Shown here: piece after piece, positions 50,220-64,000 of the stretch
Numbering within the stretch: position 1 is the stretch's first letter
Layout: every line of letters starts with the position of its first letter
Source of the DNA: Eledone cirrhosa
Lineage: Eukaryota
Assembly: GCA_964016885.1 (NCBI GenBank)
Contig: OZ024758.1
Span: 18,662,001-18,726,000 of the forward strand
DNA: 64,000 nt
Direction of reading: 5' to 3'
The notes under the pieces: model-generated
Databases searched by the model: none
Seen by the model: the letters and a program-made list of their open reading frames with translations, nothing else
What the model was told of the DNA's origin: nothing
Made by a program: the position numbers and the translations under genes

Positions 50220-50415
50220 ATGAATAGCGATGATGATGGTGACGGTGGTGATGGTGATGGTGGTGATGGTGATGCTGATGATGGTGGTGATGGTGGTGGT
50301 GGTGGTGATGATGGTGATTGTGATGGTGATGACGAGATGATGATGGTGATTTTGATAGAGATGATTGCTAATGGAGATAATGATGGAGTTGATGGATATG
50401 ATATGATATGATGAT
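50220..50415. repeat. (GAT/GGT)n trinucleotide repeat
   Basis: Direct inspection. Confidence 0.85.
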
Positions 50416-50544
50416 GTGTAGTATTTTATTTTCCACTGTGATATCAGATGAAAGGGGTATTTCAAAGTCTGATAATATAATTGTTTCTGATTTAGATTCA
50501 AGGCTGAATGTGCAGTCGATTAAGTCAATGCGAGGGTAAAGTTG

Positions 50545-50705
50545 GTTAAATCTACCTCAGTACCTTACATGTACTTTATTTTATCGACCCTTTAAGGGTG
50601 AAGCACAAACTAACTTCGGGTTGATTTGATCTGATAGCGTAAAGGGCCGTAACTTTATGCTTCAAAGCATATTGTTCGACGCTATAACGATACTACCAAT
50701 ACACC
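50545..50705 (-). mobile_element. SINE family A, diverged
   Basis: GTACTTTATTTTATCGACCC...GATACTACCAAT. Confidence 0.7.
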
Positions 50706-51024
50706 ACTCTAAGGAATGATATAATGATTGGTGTTATATGCAAATACGATAATTATAAAACGATGAAATACAATAGGACATTTAGTTCCCATATTACAAC
50801 GACATTCAGGTAGTAACAAATACGTGACCTCGCATATATGGGGTTGTCCTCGTCACCATGTGTAAATTCCTTTTACAATATTACAGGCACACACATACAC
50901 AGTAGACAAACGCACCCTTGCCATTTGGAAGCATTTACTGTAGGAAAGAACATTCGTTTACTCTCTCACCTTCCTTTACTGTTTATCATGACAATTATAT
51001 ATCTAACATGACCATATTGAGTGA

Positions 51025-51170
51025 AGGCGCATGGCTTAGTGGTTATAATATTGGGCTAGCAATCAAAAGGTCGTGAGTTCGTTTCTCGGTACGGGTGATG
51101 TGTTGTGTCTTTGAGCAAGGCACTTTATTTCCCGTTGTTCCAGTTTACTCAGCTGTAGAAATAAGTTGCG
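51025..51170 (+). mobile_element. SINE family B
   Basis: GGCGCATGGCTTAGTGGTT...GAGTTCG...TTGAGCAAGGCACTTTATTTC. Confidence 0.78.
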
Positions 51171-51554
51171 ATCCTGCCAAGTAAATGAGTGGCAGTAGTT
51201 CCAGCTGCATGCATCGAAAGTCTGGTGTAGTGGCTCTGAAAACAATGCGGCTTTGTAGATGATCAATGCAAATTAACAATGGAAAGGCGGCCGCGTTCGA
51301 GTTAGAAGAGCAATATTAACCTTCAAGAGAAGTAGCGACCCCTAATTGTATTCAGCAACCGAAACAAATATGAGGTACACCACAACCGATGCTCCTAGGG
51401 GCGGCTCTGGTTCTTCTTACTTGCGAGCGTAAACTCGGCCAGATTAGATTAGATAAATATATTCAGATAAAAGGATCGATCGACTTTCGTCAAATCGGAG
51501 CGAGGAAACAATGTTTTTCGTCGGTCTTTCCAGTTGCTAGTACTATCTGTTGGT

Positions 51555-51685
51555 CGCAACTCCAGGTAGAAGGAGCAACGTGACATAAAGTGTCTTATTC
51601 AAGGACATAACACATTACCCGGTCCAGGAATCGAACTCAACCTCAATATTGTGAATCCAATTCTCTAACCATTCAGCCACACGCA
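51555..51685 (-). mobile_element. SINE family B
   Basis: Similar to 35098-35235. Confidence 0.75.
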
Positions 51686-52009
51686 TATTCAGATAATAAC
51701 CCAATACCAGTATGTACATCATGAAAATATTGGTCGATCTTTTCCGCTATATCCGACAACTTGCAAGATATATATATGTTTGTTATTGCAATATTCCTTT
51801 AAATATAAAATATTTGTGGTAATTATATTCTGTTGAAGAAACAAACATCTCCAAAATTCATAATTCCAATCACTTATAAATTGCTCAATATAGAGACCAA
51901 GTTTAGATTTCTATCTTTATACAGCGAATACTTTCTTTAATAAAATAAAATAATTCTGTATCGACAACAATTTTCCCTCTATATCTTCTAAAATAACCTA
52001 GCATGAAAT

Positions 52010-52540
52010 ATCTCTCTCTCCTTTTCTCTCTCCCAGTCTTAATCTCTCGCTCTCCTCCTATCTCGCTCTCCTACTCTCTCGCTCTCATACTCTCTCGTTC
52101 TCTTTCTCTCTAGCTCTCTTTCTCTGTCGCTCTCTCGTTCTCTCACTCCTTTTCTCTCTCGCTCTTTTTCTCTGTCACACTTTTCCTCTCTCGCTCTCTC
52201 GCTCTCTTACTCTCTCGCTCTCTTACTCTCTCGCTCTCTTATTCTCTCGCTCTCATACTCTCTCGCTCTTTTACTCTCTCGCTCGCCTTCTTTCGCTCTC
52301 GCTCTATTTCTTTGTTGCTCTCTTTCTCTATCGCTCTCTTTCTTTGTCGCTCTATTTATCTGTCGCTCTCTTTCTCTGTCGCTCTCTTTCTCTGTCGCTC
52401 ACTTACTCTCTCGCTCACTTCCTCTGTCGCGGTCTTTCGCTCTGGACCTCTTTCGCTTACTATCTTGCGCTCTCCCTTTCTCACGGTCACTATCACTCGG
52501 TATCACTCGGTCATTCACTCTTTAAAGTTCACTCTCTCCT
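52010..52540. repeat. CT-rich simple repeat (CTCTCG-type)
   Basis: Direct inspection. Confidence 0.85.
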
Positions 52541-52608
52541 AATATATCTCTCACAAACAGTCTCTCTTTATGTATATATGTGTGTGTGCGTATATGTATA
52601 TACTTACA

Positions 52609-52648
<40 letters not shown>

Positions 52649-53294
52649 CACAGACACACACACACCCACGTGTGTGAATATATACATGAGTGTGTGTGTG
52701 TATATACATGTGTATGTATATATACACGTGTGTATATATATACATACGTCGGTGTATGTGTATATATGTGTATATATACACGTGTAGATATATAAATGGG
52801 TGTGTGTGGGTGTGTATGTGCTGGATTGAGGTGTACATATGTGTGTACATATATGTTTATATGCCTCTCTATCTGCAACTCAGCTGCTACTGCATTACAT
52901 GCCTGCAATTAATCAAATGTTTGATTCAAACCTCAATGAAAGAATTGAATTAAATCGTTAGACACAGAATGTTACCCTATTATGGATTCTTCTAGTTTTC
53001 TGGATATTACATTTAAAATTACGTATACCCATTTTCAAGTAAATGACAAGATAATTGGCGAAAGCTGATAGTTAAATAAGTTTTAAGAAGCTGCAATTAA
53101 GGGCTTAGTGTGGGACTTTCCGTCGTACATATGCAGTCAATCGTTAATGCCTGATTTCAGTAACTTCGACTGAGTCAGCTTCTGAAGAGCATAGCTATTA
53201 TAATTCATCTGACAGATGATAAGATGCACATTAATGATGGGACTGCTGCAACGTAATTAATTGGCGGCAATCATACTATGTTTGAGATCATACG

Positions 53295-53775
53295 AGCCAG
53301 TGGTTAGTGTTGGTCTCGCAATCATAGGGTTGTGGTTTCAATCCCAGTAAAAGGTGCTGCGTTATATTTTATTAGCCGGACATAGTGGTAAATTTAAGTT
53401 GAACCTACACTTATAATGTATGTTCCATTCCTAGGCTGGAATGCTTATATACTTGAGTAAAACACTTCATTTCCCGTTCCTCAAGTATACTCGGCTGGAA
53501 ATGAGGATTTAAGCCTAACGTGGACTGGCGTCCTGTCCAGGGAGACGTCTAGCTTGACCTAGTTGTAAGGGTGTTGAACTTACGATCATAATGTCGTGGG
53601 TTCGATTCCTGGTGTGGATTGAGTGCTGTGGCCCCGAGGAAAAATACTTAATTTCACCTTGCTCCATTATACTGAGCTAAATATGAGTACCAGCAGCAGC
53701 TGGGGATATAACCTGTGATGGACTGGCGTCCTGGCCAGGGACGTCTTAGAATCTCAGTCACGGCATGCTATGTAA
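53295..53775 (+). mobile_element. Two old tRNA/CORE-like SINE copies
   Basis: AGTGGTTAG / GGTTCGATTCCTGG boxes; GGACTGGCGTCCTG(T/G)CCAGGG occurs twice. Confidence 0.6.
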
Positions 53776-54444
53776 CCGTCTTAAGCCAAAAGGCTATATT
53801 TTTTTACTTTAGCTCAAGATCATGTCACTATTATCATATAACTGAATTCCCTTTCATTGAAATACTGAAGAAACTCCTACAAGACACACTCTAATAGATG
53901 GCGAGATTCCCTTACAGAATTTGCCCTTCTTTTTTTATTTCAAGGCTACTGCAAGTGTCTGTTTAGGCATCTTACGTCCCTGATTTTAAATCATGCATTT
54001 ATAAAGTCCTATTTCTTTTCTTTTCCTTCCGACATAAGGAAGAACCAGCTGCTATTTATGAATTAAATATTTCATATTTCAATTTGAAATATATTAGATT
54101 TATTAAATAGCATGCAATATCAAAATCTGAATAAACCAGTGGTTAGCAGAAATGGAAAACATGTATTATTTTCCTGGTGTCGTTCATTCGACTGGGACTA
54201 TGCATTCGAAAATATAAGTTACTAAACATGATCAGTCGATGTAGAAACGGACACATATACGATCAAATGCACCCACTCAAAGATAGGTATACGTACCTAC
54301 ACATAGGGGCACACACACACAACCATATATACACATATGTACACACACACACACACACGTGCCAACACACATACATGCGCATCCACACGCTCTCGCAGGC
54401 ACGTACACGCATACAGAAACATATATATAAGTGTATGTATATAT

Positions 54445-54488
<44 letters not shown>

Positions 54489-54519
54489 ACATACACACAC
54501 ACACACATATATATATATA

Positions 54520-54677
54520 CTCGTCGGCGGAGCTCCGGCCGTCTCGACAGCTAGATCCAAACTGCGGAGCTCAGTCGTCGGGGGCCTGACTCTTTTTCTA
54601 TTACGCACTCTACTACACTAAGTATAGAGTACACAGCTGCTTTATGATCCACCTGGTTTCTTATCACATTTTATTTG

Positions 54678-54680
<3 letters not shown>
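54520..54680. mobile_element. Small TA-flanked fold-back element, same family as 57282-57490
   Basis: Shares GAGCTCAG..GTCGG...CTCTTTT..CTATTAC...CTAAGTAT.GAGTAC...ACCTGGTT.CTTA. Confidence 0.7.
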
Positions 54681-54748
<68 letters not shown>

Positions 54749-55874
54749 TGTAGTATAAGTTTTGTTGAAATATCCAAGGATAAGAAAACTCAGTTCAAAG
54801 GACGAGTTAAGTAGAAATATTTACAACCTTGACATATAGAGGTACGTAATTTTCGTTGGATTATACACCTTAACTCATTCAGACTGTTATATAAAGGGTA
54901 AATGAGTTCGGGTGCAACATTCCTAAATAATTTCACGCACACACGCGCGTATATATTCCACCTGGTTTCTTTCTATCAAATTTCACTGACAAGGCATTGG
55001 TCATCACGGAGCTATAGCTATAGTAGAGGACGTCTATACTTCAATGCCTATATTATGATCACAAATTCCTGAACTGGAATAAATTATATTGCCGTGAGTG
55101 GTCTGATCGAATATAATTTATTTCATTTTGTAAACTCTTTAATAAATAGTTGTCTACGTTATACAATTTGTATAAGCATTGATCACATTTAGAATCAGTA
55201 ATTACACGTTAGAAAACTATCTTTAGAAATCCAGGTATATATGAATGAAGTGAAATATATGCAGTTTACATTAGCATTTTAATGAAAATTATTCCTTGCT
55301 GTGAAATGCTTGCAATAATTAAGAAATATCCTGGAGCGATTTTACAATTATTATTGTACATAGAACACCATATCTAATGTCTATGATTGAATAACGTAAT
55401 GTAGGTAAACTAGATTGAAAGTTAAAACGGAATCGAAGGGGCTTCAAATACATTTGTAAATGTATTTGTATATGCTGGTCGTTCCTACTGAGCAGTTTTC
55501 TATGCAACTTTTATTTATGCAAATCTGCGCTATATTTACATATTTCTAAGATAGTAATAGTTGTAGTCAGATAAGTTTGAATACAGGGCAAGATGTGATG
55601 CAATTTGAATTAAAGAACGCAGTGAAAATTTTAGAAATGTAGAAGTTTACATATATACGTAATATGATACATTGTCAGAAAATAGAGAAATATTACATCA
55701 CTATACTAAAATAGAATCAGTCTGATATATTTTATTAAAACTGGCAGAGGTAAGTGTCAATGCTAGAGTACAATGTGATATCAAAGTAACAAAGACCAGG
55801 CGGGTGTGATGTGAGCGAGAGTTTAGTACAACAGTATGCATGTTCGGCTTTTATATTTATATATATATATATAT

Positions 55875-56052
55875 AATTGTTTCTACTTCAGGCACAAGGC
55901 CAGAAAATACCCAGTACATTACTGGTACGTTATTTTATCGACCCCGTAACGATGAAAGGCAAAGTCATCCTCGGCGGGATTTGAACTCAGATCGTAAAGC
56001 GACGTAACTATACTGGAAAGCATGGCGTTCGGCCCTCTACAGATACTGCAAT
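55875..56052 (-). mobile_element. SINE family A
   Basis: Match to the family A consensus. Confidence 0.8.
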
Positions 56053-56894
56053 GTGTGTGTTTGTGTGTATTCATTAATTATAGGTCTGTGTTTATGTTTA
56101 TCATCTAATAGTTGTGACAAATTTATGTAGTAAATTACTGGAAGATATACGAATTAGGGGTCTATTTATTATATACCATGATGTCTTCTAGTCCTCTAGT
56201 TGAACATTCCTTTGAAGTCATGACGACATACAATGAAGCAACGATTATATATTTGTATTATTCGACGTTATATTGCACTGTATTATACACATCTCATCTG
56301 GTATCATTCTAAAAATAGAATTTGCATCCCGGCAAAATGAAACCTATATAATTTAATATCTTTAAAACATGTTTGTATTTAAAAATAAAAAGTATATCAG
56401 GTTAGAAATTGAGGAAATTATCTCAATAGATTAGCTAAATAAACAAAACATACAATTTGATTTGTAATAATCATGTTGGGAAATCAATCTAATTGCAGTT
56501 ATTTGTAACTAAAGAATTTTAAATTATGGTAATTGGATAGTTTCCTGCTTGAATGTTAGAGATGGGATTATTATTATACATTCTGATGAAAGCGGAAAAC
56601 AGGAAATTAGAAACGGAATACTTGTAAAGTATAGAAACGAAAGATATAATAATTGATCCATCTTATATCGCCCCAGAGTAAGAAAACATAATTATATATC
56701 ATAAATGTATAATAATTATTTCTTACATAACACTTACAAATAATGGTATTAAATATTAGGTTTATTTGGGGATTCATATTTTAGCGCATATGCTATAGGA
56801 ATACATAACTATACATATTTGCACGCAAGCTAACAATTTAGATATGCACACAGGTACACATACATTCATGAAACCACTGACACACACACACACC

Positions 56895-56942
<48 letters not shown>

Positions 56943-57218
56943 AATAAATATTCATTAAACTAGGAAAGCATCGAGGATGTATTCAGCATATTCTCACAAA
57001 ATGGAATTCGTGTAAACAAAATGAGAGTGCTTCTGAAGAGGCTGTGAAATACCAGGAACGAAAACGATTAGCCGATGATCTTGCAGAAACTCAAGTAATA
57101 GCAAACCATGATATATTTTCTCAAGACAGCTCTATTACAGCCAGCCTATTATAAAAAAAGTATGTTGATAATTATACAGCAACTATGCACAACCCCAAAT
57201 TTAAACACACAAACAGGC

Positions 57219-57268
<50 letters not shown>

Positions 57269-57281
57269 ATTTATATAATAT

Positions 57282-57484
57282 ATAGGAAAAGAGTCAAGAC
57301 ACCGACGTCTGAGCTCCGGCGGTTTCGACATCTAGATCCGAACTCATGTTCGGATCTAGCTGTCAAAACGGCCAGAGCTCAGCCGTCGGTTTCCTGGCTC
57401 TTTTCCTATTACCCAGTCTATTACCCTAAGTATGGAGTACTCTGGTGTGTTGTGGTGTACCTGGTTCCTTACCGCACTATCATT

Positions 57485-57490
<6 letters not shown>
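57282..57490. mobile_element. Fold-back element (imperfect ~62-bp arms) carrying a hammerhead 3' half
   Basis: Arms span 57282-57409. (G/A)AA-ACGGC cagagcuca GCCGU-C forms stem III with a GUC site; the CUGANGA half is absent. Confidence 0.65.
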
Positions 57491-57522
<32 letters not shown>

Positions 57523-58374
57523 GGAACTAAGAATCCGTGTTGCATCATATGCATATTTAATTGCGTATTACATATGTTTCACTGCCGATCAGCTTGAGGA
57601 ACGATCGATTAATGATCGATCCCGAATCTGGATTTGGAAGCTACTCTATAATTTCGACGTTATAACTGCCACATAACATGTACTAATCGAGTTGTTTGAG
57701 GTAATCAATGGATCGATAAGCTAAACATTATCGGCCAGAGTAAAATCCAAGAAACATATATATATTTATATAAGCGCCGAAACATCTATCATCTGTAGTA
57801 AACAGCTGATGAAGGGATACTTTTCTTCTCTTGTTTACGTCCCCGTTTACCTTCTAACACTTCGTTTCCAGTAACTACACCAGTAACCACACAGCCTACC
57901 TCTTTACTTATATATATATAAGTGTATGTGAGTATGTGTGTGTCTGTATTTGGCCTTACATATACAGCATGTAAAATATGTACTGTTAAAGGCTGGCAGA
58001 TCTAACGAATAAGAATACATCATTAGATCAATCGGGTTACAGTTTGCTAATATTGGAAATATTGATTTGATAGTAACATCTAAACGGTACGTTCTCATTC
58101 ACGCGTTAGGTTCAATGGTGAATACATGTGTTATACCGATAAGTAATATTTGTGTGGTTGTGTGTGGGAAAGTGTTTGAAAGGTTTTGTGGGAGTGAGGT
58201 TCCACTGCCGATTGCGGTGGTGCGATGGGATAATAATTATTTTATTATAGAATTCAATATCTTTCTCTCGCTCTGATCGAAGTACAAGATACCAGATTTC
58301 ATTCGCTTAACTAGTAGGTTGGAGCAAGGAAACGCTGTTTCCATTGGTCTTTTGATTGATGATACTATCAACCG

Positions 58375-58505
58375 ATCGCAACTTTCAGCAGAAAGAGCAA
58401 CGTGAAATAGTGTCTTGTTCAAGAATACATCCCATCACCCGGTCCGAGAGTTGAACTTGTAACCTTGCGATTGCAAATCCCTCTCTAACCATTAAGCCAT
58501 GCACC
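58375..58505 (-). mobile_element. SINE family B
   Basis: GAGCAACGTGAAATAGTGTCTTGTTCAAG...CTAACCATTAAGCCATGCACC. Confidence 0.72.
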
Positions 58506-58727
58506 TTTACTAATATCATTCTGAGGCGAAATACACATATGTGTGTCCATGACGCCCACTTGGACGTGAATATTCGAGAATTTAAAATATACCAAAGCTG
58601 AAATGTCTATGAAGATAATGTTGGCAAATGTTGGGCTTTACATAAGTTGCCATGTCAATGCTCGATAAACTGTCGTAGAATAATATTGTGAATATGATCA
58701 TCTTAATCATCGTCATTATCAGCGTTC

Positions 58728-58892
58728 GTGGATTGGCAGTATCGGTAGAAAGTCGGACGCCATGCTTTACAGCATAGAGTTCAAATCACGCTGAGGTTCA
58801 CTTTGCTTTTCATTCTTACGTGGTCAATAAAATAAAGTAACTGTAATGCACTGGATAATTGCTGGTCTTGTGCCAAATGTAGAAACAATTAT
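58728..58892 (+). mobile_element. SINE family A
   Basis: GGATTGGCAGTATCGGTAG...GTAGAAACAATT. Confidence 0.8.
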
Positions 58893-59779
58893 CATCATTT
58901 TCATCATCATTATTCTCAGTGACAACATCTTCGTCACCATCTTAATGCTCATCATCATCATCATCATATTCAGCATATTCTTCAACATTGCTACCACAAT
59001 AATCAAAATCATTGCCACACCAATCGTCATAAATCGCAATAACACTATAATCATTAAATTATTGCGGTTTTAGCCATTGTAACTTTGCCATATATAAATC
59101 TATTATCACCATAACTGCCATTACTGTCAACATTACTATCAATGTTATATGAGTATCTCCTTCCACTCACCTCTTAAATATCTCCCTTATCATTCATCAA
59201 TGTTGTCAAATTTATCTTTATCCTCCCCACAGAAATTATTACAATTGATATTATTACTATAATCATGTTTGCTGTGTATGTCAATGTTATCAACAAATGT
59301 AACAATTATTACAATATATGTTTGTCATTTCTTATGTATTAGTATAGAATTATCATTATTGCAAATCTACGTTCAATTAAACATCTTTGAAATACATTCT
59401 ATTTCATGAATATATTGAAAATCGTGTTATACAAATAAAAGTAGTGTAAAAGGTTCGTTTGAATTTCTGAAAAATGTTGCACTTCTTTTCAGATTTTGAA
59501 CGTTTCGATAAGAAATACATAAGTTGACACTCACGTTTCGATAAGAAATACATAAGTTGACACTCACTATAGCTAATTAGCAGTGACACTAAAACCAATT
59601 ATCTGAAATCAATACGTAGAGATTTAACTACAGTTCAGTAGCTCTGATTTTACCACAGCTTAAAATACCCACATCTATAATATATGTATGTTTAGTATTC
59701 ATAATCATACTCTATAGGCATTTATTTTCAACCACGTTGAGGAGACTGCATGCTCTCGTGCGCATAAAGCTGAGCATTG

Positions 59780-60017
59780 AGCCGGTGCTTATCCCAATTT
59801 CAGGGAATGAAGCAACATATTACAATCCACCGCCCTCGACAGGACGCCAATAAATCACATAGTTAAGCCCCCATCCTCTTCTGGTACACATCAAAGTATA
59901 CTGGAACAACGTGAAATGAAGTGTTTTGTTGCTCAATAAAACAACACGCAACCCAGCCAAAGAATGAAACCCACGACATTAGGAACTTAAGACCAACACT
60001 CATGCCACTAGGCCACG
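59780..60017 (-). mobile_element. Old SINE, family B/CORE-like
   Basis: GACAGGACGCCA...CAACGTGAAATGAAGTGTTTTG...CCACTAGGCCACG. Confidence 0.55.
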
Positions 60018-61516
60018 TGTGAGGAGAGTTCAGATCGAGTATCCAACTTTACCCTTCGTCGTCTTCATATCAGTCATTATTGGAGCTACAGATTATGTAC
60101 TAAGCCGCCGGGTCCAGAGTATAACTGTATTTTGAATTGTGGAGTAAGTTACAAATGGTGTGATAGCAGGAATCTTTTGAAATGTGTAACATTTTGTTAC
60201 GGTTCAAATGACGAACGCTAACATAAGAACGGCGGCACTTTTCTTTTCTATACAGCATTGCCACCGTGAAGGTGGCCGGCCATCACATATAAACTAAATA
60301 TTGACAGAGAGAGAGAGAGATAGATAGAGAGAGAGAGAGACAGAGAGGCATACATTCATATATACCGGCCTGTATGTATATGTATGTACATATATACATG
60401 TCTAAGTAAATATGTATAATTATTCATATACATATTATATATATATCTATCTCACCCTATCTCTCTCTCTTTTTCAGGTCTTTATACATATATATGTATG
60501 TGTGTGCGCACATCTCTCCTTCTCTCCCTCTGTCTAACTCCTTGTGTCTGAAAATCCTTACAAATGATATCATGTTAAAGATATCTAAGCACAATACCGG
60601 TAACATTTGACATACATCAAAAAAGTTTAAATAAGAACTCTACGTTACATTATATATTTTTCTGAACATTTCTAAAGAGCTTTTCACTGATTTTGTTCTT
60701 TGTTTGAATGATTAAGCTAGGTAAGTCATTGTAACAGGACTTGCAAATACATATACTTTTCACTTTCTTTAAAGCATGCATTATAAATCGTAGAGATGTT
60801 AACTGTCGTAGAAGTCAGAACACTATTCAATATTTCGACAACCTACTTTATAATGATGCCTGGGTAGAACGTTTTCAACCGATCCTTACACAATACATTC
60901 TCTGTTCGACTGAGAATGGTAAGCGTGAATGAGTTTTGTCCCTTCATAGTGTTTTTGTTAGAGAATATAAATAAATGTATGATATTTGCTAAACGAGTTC
61001 CGATTGTAAGCCTACACAAATTTATCAACGTCAAAAGAAGTCTTAATGCGTGTGACAATCTTGACAAGTTGTAAATCTTTATATCGATATCCAAACATGC
61101 GCACACATCATAAATCATATACATCCTCATTTTTAAATGCATATATACACATGTACATACATCACGCATTTATAATTGCTACAAAGGGAGAGACATAGTG
61201 AGAGAGAGAGAGAGAGGCACACACACTATGTATGTGTATGAATAGTAATGACAATAATATTTATACTTATATATGATTTAATATAATATTTATAAATATA
61301 AATATAAATATTATATGTTTAATATAATATTTATATTTTTATATGGTTTATATATAATTATAAATATGGAGGGCAGTACTAAGCACGAGCCAATTACCTG
61401 TTTGAACATTGGGCATACTCCGATGAAGCCAGACATTCGTCTGGAAGAAACAATTGTCAGTAATTAAATGTATTAAACTAAGATTTGATTGTTTTATATT
61501 GTGTGTATGAATATAT

Positions 61517-61935
61517 AGATGCCGGTGTGTCTCTGTGCATCGCTCTGCTGCACGCCGGGCTGAGGAGGCCAAACTCTCCTAGTACCGGTCGGTCTTCGAC
61601 AGGTTCGCTGTCATTCCCTTGGCAGTGGTGGATGCTGGTGACTTTGGCCCTAGGGCTACCTCCCAACTGACCACCATAGGAGCTGAGCTGGTCAGCCGCA
61701 GGTGTGACCCTCACGAGTTGGAATGGCTTTTCCAGCGCATCTCCCTTACCATCCTCCGGGGAAACGCCTTCTCCATTCTATCCACCTGTGGGGAGGCCAT
61801 CGCGTAGGCCCCCATTTGCTTACCATAGGGAGAGATGGAGGCCATTACAGTGGGAGTTCGGCTGTTCTTTTGCGTTGTTGATGTTGCTCTTGTTAACAAA
61901 CTATCAATCTTCCTTTGTAGAATATTTAGAGTAAA
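61517..61935 (+). mobile_element. 3' end of a CRE-like non-LTR retrotransposon (restriction-like endonuclease C-terminus + 3' UTR)
   Basis: ARRAEEAKLS*YR...FAVIPLAVVDAGDFGPRA...IG...DPHELEWLFQRISLTILRGNAFSIL matches the CRE-type AExxKxxKY...PxAVETxGxWG...QRxSxxxxRGNA pattern. Confidence 0.78.
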
Positions 61936-63597
61936 ATAATGTCATAAACATTTCAACAAGTTATATATAAATTCCAACAATCCGTTTTAGATTTGTATAT
62001 ATGTGTCGTATGAATTATTTTTCCTAACAAATGTCCCTTTAAACGGAATTTCTAAGTTAATCTGAAACTTTATACATAAAGGCCTATAGCCGCGAAATAT
62101 GTATAGCTCCTTTTAAAGATAATGAAATACCTATATTTCTATATGTACGATGTAGTTTATGTGTTAGTAGTGCGATACTGAATGAAATGTAATGGCTTAT
62201 GATTGCTAGTATGCTCTCAGATTCCTCCATATTTATATTTAATCAAATATACACTGTAGTAATTATGTAAGGTATAAACGCTGGTATACATATCATAATA
62301 GAACAATCTGATACCTTATGTATAGTTCCACTCCTTATTCAACATACAGGTTTGCAAATGTAGTTCTCAGGTTCATTCATATTCACCTGCATTTAAATGG
62401 ATGCTTTAGGCTCTTCATGAAGTATAAATATTTATATACATATCATAATTGTAAAATCTGATACGCAATGGATATTGAAAACTCCTTGCAAAAACTTCTT
62501 GGCGAAGGAATAGTTTGGTAAAGCCAATGCTGCATAGTCGATGGCGACTTTCTAAACGACAGATTAATTGAAATCGTCCCTAGCAACATCCTTTACTCAA
62601 CACAATTTTCTATGACTTTGGCAAAACTTACGATCAGTGCCATGCTTCTTGAAAACTGACAATAATTTTATTGAAACCACGAGAGAAACAAATAGCTTGC
62701 AGGGAAATATTCTGCAACCCACTCTACAAAATAAATATTTTAATTTTTATTTTGCTCCTACGTTCTTTACGAAATACTACATTATAATACAGATACATCA
62801 TAAACATCGCTTTAATTTCCCACCCGGAATTCTAATGATAGCAGTGTTTCAAGTCTCAGAAACTGAACGAAAGAAAAACATGAAAACGTCTTAAATGTTT
62901 CTTAGACTAGATAAGCTGATATTGCAACCAGGAGTAGAGTTAGAATGATAGAGAGAGGTTTCTAGACGTGGTTCTGAATAATTGTGAATATTTTTCAGGG
63001 CTTTTAATCTATAAACCCTTTTCATCTTTTTCAGTGTTCAGTCATTTAATAACATTTAATATTATGCTCGATTATCTTTTGTACAACTTAAGCCCTCCAT
63101 GAAATAATTAGCTTCGTTCTGAAAAATAAAGTTCACCTTCCTCATACTATAAATAATCTTATGAACTCTTCAATCAACATTCGTACACTGTAATTTAACC
63201 ACAATATTATAACTTCGCCAACTCATTTCCATGTTTCCTTCTCCACACACTCAATTTACTAGTTAGATGAAATGGTTAACAAATTAATCCTGAAGTTAGC
63301 TCCCTTACACCAATTATGGATATATGTTAGCTCACACCATACTGTTAGACATTTTAAATATGTGTCTGGAAAATATCTAGTAAGATACATTAATATTATC
63401 ACAATGAATCCTAAGATTTCACAATGAGTTTTCGGTCAATGCTATCATATTACATCCGACTGACTCAATCGATCGTATGTATATAGTATGGTCAAAACAT
63501 GTATGTATATAGACATGGTCAAAAATAGCACGGCGATACACATCAACGAAGTACTGTGCGCTGTATAGGAAATCCAGTAATCTTACATTTGAGACAA

Positions 63598-63646
<49 letters not shown>

Positions 63647-64000
63647 ATAATATATAGATAATGTAAAAACATAGGGTAATTATGAGAGTTAGTCTAACTT
63701 CCCTATCCTGTTGGCCCAATGTCTATTTTCATCGTATATCATGTATACATCACTTTACAGAGCTGCAATTACTTGGTTTTATAGGGGTTATGTCCCATGA
63801 TATTATTTGCAAACATGAAACATAGAATAGATATTACGTTTATCCAATGCATTCGTTAATTCCCAACGAAAAGCAACATTTAGCATATGTCGTCTATATA
63901 TTCCTAATTTTCAAATTCTTCTTTTTAATGAAGCTATCTAACTTTATTGGGGGTAGGAAGTCTTTCTTGGGCTTGTGGAACTATTTAACTAATTGCATAA

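Noticed and set aside
50169-50411. Asp/Gly-rich 80-aa ORF
   Set aside because: A (GAT/GGT)n repeat with no splice or homology evidence.
53180-57830. Isolated CTGANGA hits (~53182, ~53865, ~56583, ~57033, ~57806; also ~1346)
   Set aside because: No consistent stems I-III with GAAA and a UH site; expected by chance.
59500-59566. Short exact tandem duplications (also 16241-16282 and 4593-4634)
   Set aside because: Ordinary slippage duplications with no further structure.

Overview
AT-rich eukaryotic non-coding DNA with no recognisable host gene. The SINE families look octopod/cephalopod-like (inference). Nearly all listed ORFs are artefacts of multi-kb (TA)n arrays. The real coding content is retroelement-derived: a 5'-truncated but uninterrupted CR1-group LINE (APE+RT, 23.8-26.7 kb, minus), a decayed Penelope-like element (RT + GIY-YIG, 11.1-12.1 kb), several RTE fragments, a CRE-like endonuclease tail, and about 20 tRNA-like SINE copies. 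The main hidden signal is a dense set of type I hammerhead ribozymes (HHRs) in small non-coding elements, almost all abutting (TA)n tracts. These include a near-identical 312-bp tandem retrozyme array (predicted to give a 312-nt self-cleaved, possibly circular RNA), pLTR-like direct-repeat and fold-back elements, and recurrent core variants (U10.1-U11.1; CAGAAGA core with CUU site). All folds were derived by eye and need computational and biochemical confirmation.
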